A program made the position numbers and the translations under genes. From Myxococcota bacterium (GTDB taxonomy: Bacteria; Myxococcota_A; UBA796; UBA2385): a stretch of 64,000 nt of DNA. The stretch's first letter is position 1. Every line of letters begins with the position of its first letter. The stretch is taken from assembly GCA_044344255.1 (NCBI GenBank), contig JBIJDH010000001.1, forward strand, positions 32,001-96,000. Direction: 5' to 3'. Positions 57,360 through 64,000 of this stretch are shown here, piece after piece. The notes below the pieces were generated by a model, which saw only the letters and a list, made by a program, of their open reading frames with translations, did no database searches and had not been told where the DNA came from.

Positions 57360-59906
57360 ATGCCTCCTCACCGCCCCGTCCCCGCGCTCGCCCGCCCCTC
57401 CGCTCGCGCGGTCTTGGCGCTGGGGCTGCTGGTCGGGGCGGCGGCCTGTGAGCCGGAGGGGCGGCTCGAAGATCCCGTGGCGGTCGATGTCTTCCGCCCG
57501 GACGCCGCGACGCTGCACCGGCTGACCGACGCCCAGTACCGCGCGAGCGTGCGCGACCTCACGGGGGTGGAGTACACGGGCGCGCTTCCCGTCGACTACA
57601 CGCTCTACGGCTACACCAGCGTCGGCGCGGGGGCCCTCGCGGTCGCCCCGCTCGACCTCGAGCAGTACGAGACCGCCGCCTGGTGGCTGGCCGAAGCCGC
57701 CCTCCCCACCGCCGCCGCGCGGGACACCTTCGTCGGCTGCGCGCTCGAGGCCGCCACCGGCGCCCCTCCCCTCACCGAGGCCGACCGCGCCACCTGCCTC
57801 CGCACCTGGCTCGCCGGCTTTGGGCTCCGTGTCTGGCGGCGGCCGCTCAGCGGGGAGGAGCTCGACACGCTCAGCGGCCTCTACGGCACGCTCCGCGGTC
57901 AGGTGGGCGACCCGCTCGTGGCCGCCCGCGGGGTGCTCGCCGCCCTGCTCCTCTCCCCCGACTTCCTCTTCCGGGTCGAGGTGGGGGTTGACGATCCGGC
58001 GCGCCCCGGCTGGCGCCGCTACAGCGACCATGAGATGGCGAGCCGGATCTCCTACCTCCTCACCGGCAGCACGCCCGACGAGGCCCTGCTGTCCGCGGCC
58101 GCGCGGGGGGTGCTCACGACCGACGAGGGGCTCAGCGCCTACGTCCGCTACCTGCTCGCCGAGCCCGAGGCCCGGGGCGCGCTCACCACCTTCTATGACG
58201 AGACCTTTGACCTCGCCGATCTCGAGATCGCCGAGAAGGACAGCGCCCTCTTCCCCACCTGGAGCCCCGAGCTGCGGGCCGCGCTGGGCGCAGAGTCCCA
58301 GCAGCTCTTTCAGCGGTACGCCTTCGACGAGCCCGGCGATCTGCGGGAGCTCTTCACCACCGAGGTCGCCCCCTCCGATCCGCTGGTGGTCGCCCTCTAC
58401 GCCGGTGACGCCGCCGCGGGGGTCCAGCGCAGCGGCATCCTGTCGCGGGGCGCCTTCCTGGCCCTGAACGCGCACAACACGCTGAACTCGCCCACCCTGC
58501 GCGGCAAGTTCGTGCGCACCCGACTGCTCTGCGCCGCCATCTCCCCGCCGCCCCCCGGCGTGAACACCGACCTCAGCGCGATCGCCGCCGAGGGCACCCT
58601 CCGCGACCGCATCGAGCAGCACATGGAGGAGCCCGCCTGCGCCTCCTGCCACACCGAGATGGACCCCATCGGCTTTGCCTTCGAGGGCTTCAACCCGATC
58701 GGCGCGGCGCAGACCACCGACAACGGGCTGCCTGTCGAGACGGTGACCGAGCTCGACGGGGTCGCGGTGGCCGACGCCGCCGCCCTCGGGGCCGCCCTGG
58801 CTGCCCACCCGGACCTCGTGCCCTGCCTCACGCGCAACCTCTATCGGCACGCCTCAGGCTCCCTCGAGGGCGACGCGCTGGTCGATGGTCTGAACGAGCT
58901 CGCCGAGGCCTCCGCCGCCGGCGGCCTCCGCTTCCCCACCCTGCTCGAGTCGATCATCCTCTCCCCCGCCTTCCGCAGCACGCGGGCCCCCGCCACCGAT
59001 CCCTGCCCCGAGGCGGACGAGGGAGAGACCCGCGCCTGTCAGAGCGCCTGCGGGGAGGGCGTGGAGGTCTGTCAGTCGGGGGCGTGGGGCGGCTGTACGG
59101 CGCCCGTCGCCGGGCCCGAGGCCTGCGATGGGCTCGACAATGACTGCGACGGCGCGGCAGACGAGGCGGTGGAGCGGGCCTGCGCCGAGGGCCTGGGCGT
59201 CGAGGTCTGTCTGGCGGGCCAGTGGGGCGCCTGTGAGAGCCCCCTCTCCTCGGTCGAGCAGTGTAACGCCATGGATGACGACGGCGACGGCCTCATCGAC
59301 GAGGGCCTCTCGGTGATGAACCTCGTGCTCACCCCTGAGGAGATCGTGGCCTCCCACGGGGACTGTGACCCCGCCGCCGACAGCGACTCCCGCGCCTGCC
59401 ACGCCGCCATCCACCGGGCTTGCGCCGCCACCGGCTGCAGCGCCACCGGCTTTGGGGTGGTGGCCGAGGACGCCCTCGACACCGAGGCGGCGGTCACCTG
59501 CCTCGACGGCGCAGAGGGGGTCGTGGTCTCCACCACCTACAGCACCCTGTCGGCCTATCACGCGGGCTGCACCACCAGCACCCGCTCCGGCCCAGACTGT
59601 AACGCCGCCATCAGCCGCTTCTGCAGCGCGAGCGGCCTCGTCACCGGCTATGGCCCGATCGAGAACAGCGAAGACACGGCGGTCACCTTCTGCACCCCGG
59701 GGGCGACCGTGTTGGACGCGGCCTACAGCGCGCTGCTCGCCTACGACAGCGGCTGCGACGGCTCTACCGAGCGCGCCGGGGCCCGCTGCACCGCCGCCTT
59801 CCACGCCTGGTGCCAGTCCGAGGGCTTCGCGAGCGGCTTCGGCCCCCTCGAGAACAGCGGCGACCTCGCCGTGGCCGCCTGCCTCGGCGTCGGGGGTGCA
59901 GAGTGA
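57360..59906 (+). CDS. DUF1587/1595/1592/1588/1585-type lipoprotein with Cys-rich C-terminal extension
   Basis: LHRLT..QY..SVRDL, LLLSPDFLFR, EMASRISY, RSGILS, SPTLRG, CASCH..MDPIGFAFE. Confidence 0.92.
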   Translation: MPPHRPVPALARPSARAVLALGLLVGAAACEPEGRLEDPVAVDVFRPDAATLHRLTDAQYRASVRDLTGVEYTGALPVDYTLYGYTSVGAGALAVAPLDLEQYETAAWWLAEAALPTAAARDTFVGCALEAATGAPPLTEADRATCLRTWLAGFGLRVWRRPLSGEELDTLSGLYGTLRGQVGDPLVAARGVLAALLLSPDFLFRVEVGVDDPARPGWRRYSDHEMASRISYLLTGSTPDEALLSAAARGVLTTDEGLSAYVRYLLAEPEARGALTTFYDETFDLADLEIAEKDSALFPTWSPELRAALGAESQQLFQRYAFDEPGDLRELFTTEVAPSDPLVVALYAGDAAAGVQRSGILSRGAFLALNAHNTLNSPTLRGKFVRTRLLCAAISPPPPGVNTDLSAIAAEGTLRDRIEQHMEEPACASCHTEMDPIGFAFEGFNPIGAAQTTDNGLPVETVTELDGVAVADAAALGAALAAHPDLVPCLTRNLYRHASGSLEGDALVDGLNELAEASAAGGLRFPTLLESIILSPAFRSTRAPATDPCPEADEGETRACQSACGEGVEVCQSGAWGGCTAPVAGPEACDGLDNDCDGAADEAVERACAEGLGVEVCLAGQWGACESPLSSVEQCNAMDDDGDGLIDEGLSVMNLVLTPEEIVASHGDCDPAADSDSRACHAAIHRACAATGCSATGFGVVAEDALDTEAAVTCLDGAEGVVVSTTYSTLSAYHAGCTTSTRSGPDCNAAISRFCSASGLVTGYGPIENSEDTAVTFCTPGATVLDAAYSALLAYDSGCDGSTERAGARCTAAFHAWCQSEGFASGFGPLENSGDLAVAACLGVGGAE

Positions 59907-61252
59907 GCGGCGACCGGACGACCGGGCGGGGGCGCCCGGGCCTCGACCGCCGCACCCTCCTCCGCGGGGTCTTGCGGGGGGCCGCGGTCGCCGTCGCGCT
60001 GCCGCCCCTCGAGGCGATGCTCAACCTGAACGGTGACGCCTACGCCGACGACAGCGCGCTCCCCGACCGCTTCGGCCTCTGGTACTGGGGGAACGGCACC
60101 CGCCCCGACACCTGGACCCCGCTCAGCACCGGGCCCCTGTGGACGCCCAACACGGCGATGGCCGGGCTCTCCGGGCTCGTCGAGTATGTGAGCGTGCTCT
60201 CCGGCTTCGAGATCAAGACCGCCACGCACCCGCACCACAGCGGGATGACGGGCGTCCTCACCGGTCAGAAGTACGAGCAGCTCGGCACCACCCGCGACAC
60301 CATCGTGTCCACCTGCGCCCGACAGACGATTGACCAGGACGCCGCCGACTGGTTCGAGGGCCTGTCTCCGTTTCGGTCGATCGAGATCGGCGTCACGCGG
60401 TTCCGCGGCACCGACGAGGGCACGACCTTCCAGCACCTCTCGCACAACGGGCCCAACAACCCGAACCCCTCCGAGTACGATCCGGTCGCCCTCTATCGGC
60501 GGCTGTTCGCCGCCCCGAGCGACCCCCAGATGAACCTCGCTCGACAGAGCGTGCTCGACGTGGTGAGCGGACAGGTGGGCCGGCTGCAGCAGCGCCTCGG
60601 CAGCGCCGACAAGGCCCGCCTGGAGCAGCACCTCGACAGCATCCGCAGCCTCGAGCTCCGCCTCGCGGCCTCGGCGGCCTCCTGCGAGCCCATCGAAGAG
60701 CCGACCAGCTTCCCCGACATCGACGGCTACGAGCAGATCGAAGAGACCAACGCCCTGATGGCCGACCTCCTGGCCTACGCCCTCGCCTGCGACCTCACGC
60801 GGGCCTTCAGCGTCCAGTGGAGCACCTGCGGCTCGGGCGTGGTCGTCTGGCAGGTCGGCGCCACCGACAGCCTGCACGCCACCTGTCACAACGAGTCGCC
60901 GCCCCAGCCCGTGGTCGACGCCGCGGTCGGGTTCACGATGGACCAGCTCGCCGTCTTCCTCGAGCGGCTCAAGGCCATCCCCGAGGGCGACGGCAACGTG
61001 CTCGACCGCTGCTCGATCCTCTGCACCTCCGAGCTCTCCGACGGTCACACCCACTCGAACCAGGAATTCCCCCTGCTCATCGCAGGAAAGGGCTCCGGGC
61101 GCCTCCACGGCGGCGTGCACTACCGCTCGGCCGGCCTCGAGAACACGAGCAAGGCGGGCCTCACCGCCCTCCAAGGCGCCGGCGTGGGGGTGACGAGCTG
61201 GGGCGTCGATGAGGGCTATGTCACCGAGGCCGTGGGCGAGCTGCTCACCTGA
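59903..61252 (+). CDS. DUF1552-family protein with Tat-like N-terminus
   Basis: LDRRTLLRG...LPPLEAM, SVLD, DKARLEQHL..IR.LE, ALACDLTR, EGDGNVLD; GTG overlaps the upstream stop. Confidence 0.93.
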   Translation: MSGDRTTGRGRPGLDRRTLLRGVLRGAAVAVALPPLEAMLNLNGDAYADDSALPDRFGLWYWGNGTRPDTWTPLSTGPLWTPNTAMAGLSGLVEYVSVLSGFEIKTATHPHHSGMTGVLTGQKYEQLGTTRDTIVSTCARQTIDQDAADWFEGLSPFRSIEIGVTRFRGTDEGTTFQHLSHNGPNNPNPSEYDPVALYRRLFAAPSDPQMNLARQSVLDVVSGQVGRLQQRLGSADKARLEQHLDSIRSLELRLAASAASCEPIEEPTSFPDIDGYEQIEETNALMADLLAYALACDLTRAFSVQWSTCGSGVVVWQVGATDSLHATCHNESPPQPVVDAAVGFTMDQLAVFLERLKAIPEGDGNVLDRCSILCTSELSDGHTHSNQEFPLLIAGKGSGRLHGGVHYRSAGLENTSKAGLTALQGAGVGVTSWGVDEGYVTEAVGELLT

Positions 61253-61330
61253 GCGGGTCAGCGCGGACATCGAGCCGCCGTCGCTCGCGAAGGGAGCTGG
61301 CCCGACGAAGCGCGCCGGCCTCGGCCGAGG

Positions 61331-62398
61331 CTACTCCTGCACAGGCGGTCGCGCAGCGTCTCGCTGCTGAACCGTACAATCGGGGAACATCGACTCCCAC
61401 ATCTTCGTCGGCAATCCAGCCAGGGAGGGGGGGTTCGGAGCGCGGGCACTGCCCGCCTGGGCGGGCTCGACGAGGCCCTCCACCTTCGCGCTCATCAGGC
61501 GAAAGAGATCCCCGCCCGACGCGCAGGACCAGGGCTGTGCGCCCAGCGACCGCGGCTCGCACTGTCCGACGGCCGGCGCCGACAGCTCGACGATGGTGTC
61601 GTCTCCACCTTCCACCGAGAGCTGAGTCACCGTTCCACAACACTCCGCTCGGCCCTGTACCCCACAGACCTGAACATCACAGGAGCCCGCCTCGGTCTCG
61701 AAGAAGAACTGACCGTCCTCATCGAGCACGGACGTGCCCTCACAGGAGAGGACCTCAACTCCTTGGGCCTCCCCCGACAGGCCCACGACGGAGCCGTGAA
61801 CTCCACCCACCCGCGCCGTTGGCGAGACCGAGTCACAGACCCCAATCCCTGCCGAACCTCCACTCGAGCTCCACTTCACTCGCAAAACACCGACTCCATC
61901 GACGTCAACCTGCGCCTCAGAGGCCGACTGCGGAGCGAAGAACGCGAGCTGTCCAGCGCCGAAAGAAAGGGGGATCGGGTAGGGCGGACCTCGGCTTCCG
62001 GCGGAGGTGGCCTCCACATACAACCGCCCGACGGAGTCCGCCTGCACCTCCGGCGCGGAGCAAGTGACCAGCACCAACCCCGCCCGATGGGCCACATCGC
62101 CCAGCGACGGACGATAGAGCCCACTGCCGGCCGGCCGGAGGAGGCCCTCCACCTCCGCACTCTCTCCCGACAAATCGCCAACACGCGACTCCCCGACACG
62201 GATTCGCTCTCCCTGAGCTGCGGCCTAGGGCTGGAGAGCGCCATCAACCTCACCCGCTCCACGTGGAACCACGCCAGGAGCCCCATCGGGCCAGCTCGGT
62301 ACCCGGTACAGAGCTGTCCAACACAATAAACACAGAGCTGACAGAATCGCCAACCCCACGAGCACACCGACTCTAACCCTTTGACGCTCATCTTTCAC
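61331..62398 (-). pseudogene. Membrane-anchored beta-rich protein gene interrupted by one in-frame TAG (62225-62227)
   Basis: ORFs 62225-62437 and 61331-62173 share a frame. The N-part has a TM (VGVLVGLAILSALCLLCW); the C-part has a carboxypeptidase-regulatory-like stretch (GGVHGSVVG...DEDGQF). Confidence 0.55.
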
Positions 62399-62467
62399 GC
62401 CGCGCTCCGAGCGAGTCCAACCGAAAAAGGTTTGCACAATGGACCCCCTGTGAAGGTCCAGGGCGAA

Positions 62468-62869
62468 TCATATCAGGCGCGCTCCGCCCGTCAACGGCGA
62501 CCCGCAAAGGCGCGTGAGGGATGACTCGAGCGTGACTTCGTTGATACCGCCAAACGGCTCCCCGCGTGCGAAGAGCTTCAAGAGCAACATCCCCGCCATC
62601 GCGCCTGTCCAAGCCAACCCATGTCTCCCAATCATTCGAACCTGAGGGTAGTCCACGCCCTCGGTGCCGAGGACCCTCCGAACGTGGTCGAACAATCTCC
62701 CAGCGGTGGTCACGAGCACGAGCAGCCCGACGAACCCGCTCAGGCACACAAGCTCGAGGAGCTCGCGCGCGTCAATTCCGGGACCGAAGACGACCTGAGC
62801 ACCCAACGTGAGGACCGCACAGTAGATCCATCGTCTGTAAGAAATCGCCGCGCCGAGGAGCTTACCCAC
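62468..62869 (-). CDS. Small hypothetical membrane protein
   Basis: Three hydrophobic segments; extended -10 TGaTAGAAT about 20 nt upstream; atypical composition. Confidence 0.5.
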   Translation of the reverse strand: MGKLLGAAISYRRWIYCAVLTLGAQVVFGPGIDARELLELVCLSGFVGLLVLVTTAGRLFDHVRRVLGTEGVDYPQVRMIGRHGLAWTGAMAGMLLLKLFARGEPFGGINEVTLESSLTRLCGSPLTGGARLI

Positions 62870-63013
62870 CTCACACCCCCAGGTGCGATTCTATCACAGC
62901 GAGCGCTCTTCAGGCGAGCACCCTCCTACGAGGATGTCTTCGTCGTGCCCGCGGAGTGATGCACGAGGCGGTTTGGGACCTGAGGCTGAGCGATGGAGAG
63001 GGTCGCTTCTGGG

Positions 63014-63832
63014 CTACCTCACCCAGTTGTGCTTCTTGATGAACCTCGTCGCATTGACCAGCGCCGAAAGAGCATGGACCGCGAAACTGTAGGTAGTCAC
63101 ACCGCCAATGCTGACGGGACAAGCGAACGTCTGGAGGTCGAGCGGGTGAATGAACGGGCACCCGATGATAACCAGCTTTTTTTCGGCACCTTCGGAAAAG
63201 CCGTGGAGATCATCGGTCCTCACAAAACCGCTCGCGATCACACGGGGCTCTACGGCGTTGAGCGCCTCACGCCAGCCGAGGTCATCGTCACAGTCATCGT
63301 CGCAGTCATCGTCACATCCTCTCCCCTCACAGGCTGCGAGGGCCGGATCTCCGCTCGGAGCCGCGGGGGCTCGGACGTCGATAGGGTGGTCCAGAGCCTC
63401 AGTGGTCAACAGCCGGACCACATCGCAGGCGTCGATCAAGCAGGCGAGCGAATTTTGCCCAACAAAGGAGCGCGGGCCCATAAATGGGGGTATTGACAGC
63501 ACGGAGACCCACCCCTCCAGAGCAGGGCGGGGATCCCATAGCTGGACCCGACATTCATGGACGACCCCCGAGAGCTGGAACTCCAGGACCAGCTCAAGGA
63601 GCGGTGTTCCAACCGGCTCCGCGAGGGGCATTCGCCGCACCAGATCCCACAGACGCCCGTCGGGGAAGGAGTAGAGCGGCCTATTTTCTTGAAGTTTGTC
63701 CATCTGGTCAAAACCCGTTGCAGAAGTTGGTCTGACAGAAGTTGCTCCCGAGCGGAGCCGAACACGTCGCCGCCCTGCACTGCGGTCGAAGAGCCGTATC
63801 ACCTTCCGGGGTGAAGGGAATTCGTCGTGCAC
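63014..63832 (-). CDS. Hypothetical protein with two similar small domains (DUF6968-like) joined by a CDDD repeat
   Basis: ...WVSVLSI...GQNSLACL and ...FACPVSI...AVHALSAL; the real start is probably downstream of 63832. Confidence 0.55.
   Translation of the reverse strand: MHDEFPSPRKVIRLFDRSAGRRRVRLRSGATSVRPTSATGFDQMDKLQENRPLYSFPDGRLWDLVRRMPLAEPVGTPLLELVLEFQLSGVVHECRVQLWDPRPALEGWVSVLSIPPFMGPRSFVGQNSLACLIDACDVVRLLTTEALDHPIDVRAPAAPSGDPALAACEGRGCDDDCDDDCDDDLGWREALNAVEPRVIASGFVRTDDLHGFSEGAEKKLVIIGCPFIHPLDLQTFACPVSIGGVTTYSFAVHALSALVNATRFIKKHNWVR
63281..63316. repeat. 12-bp tandem repeat x3 encoding CDDD-CDDD-CDDD
   Basis: gtcatcgtcaca / gtcatcgtcgca / gtcatcgtcaca. Confidence 0.85.
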
Positions 63833-64000
63833 GGACGGGCCTCGAGGCAGCCGTCACCGGGAGCGGGGAGGCACGGGCCTCGCGGAGGAGGCGCGCCGGT
63901 CGCGGCACCCGGGTGGCGGGGCCGCGAGCAGGGGCACGCCCCGGACGCGGGCGCCGAGGACGGGGGCGCCAGAGCGGTTAGGCTGCCGGCCATGTCTTCG

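Noticed and set aside
62225..62227. Pyrrolysine codon
   Set aside because: No pyl genes or methyltransferase context in the window; the stop lies in a low-complexity linker, so a nonsense mutation is simpler.
63850..64000. Possible gene end or short ORFs at the right edge
   Set aside because: Too little sequence to support any call.

Overview
GC-rich (visually about 70%) bacterial chromosome segment, most consistent with Myxococcota or a related deltaproteobacterium. Evidence for this is MYXO-CTERM-type tails, an AglRQS-like motor cluster, a TraB-like OmpA protein, a DUF1592/DUF1552 pair and a membrane Ser/Thr kinase. Housekeeping blocks: lolC/E-lolD-bamA-skp-lpxD-fabZ; PBP1A-corA; glgC; phoH-7TM-HD-ybeY-prfB (programmed +1 frameshift); ald; birA-SRPBCC-coaX-EF-G paralogue; yegD-type Hsp70. 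The strongest hidden signal is a 632-aa selenoprotein on the minus strand (29926-31824) that the ORF track splits in two. It is a lipoprotein with an LVIVD-like propeller, an Ig-like domain and a redoxin domain whose active site reads W-UGA-P-A-C (UxxC). Exactly 11 nt after the UGA is a hairpin with the E. coli fdhF-type AGGUCU apex (SECIS). It lies between two paralogous, very Cys-rich integrin-like (FG-GAP) surface proteins with MYXO-CTERM-like anchors, one of which sits directly upstream of a TraB-like beta-barrel/OmpA gene. Other notable items: an AglRQS-like trio with one ExbD subunit lacking the conserved Asp, a probable CTG-initiated Tat substrate, a phospholipase C-like protein with apparently lost Zn ligands, a papain-like orphan, and a lower-GC end region with an amber-interrupted gene. 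I saw no rRNA, tRNA, CRISPR array, integrase or transposase. All family calls come from motif recognition by eye, not database searches.
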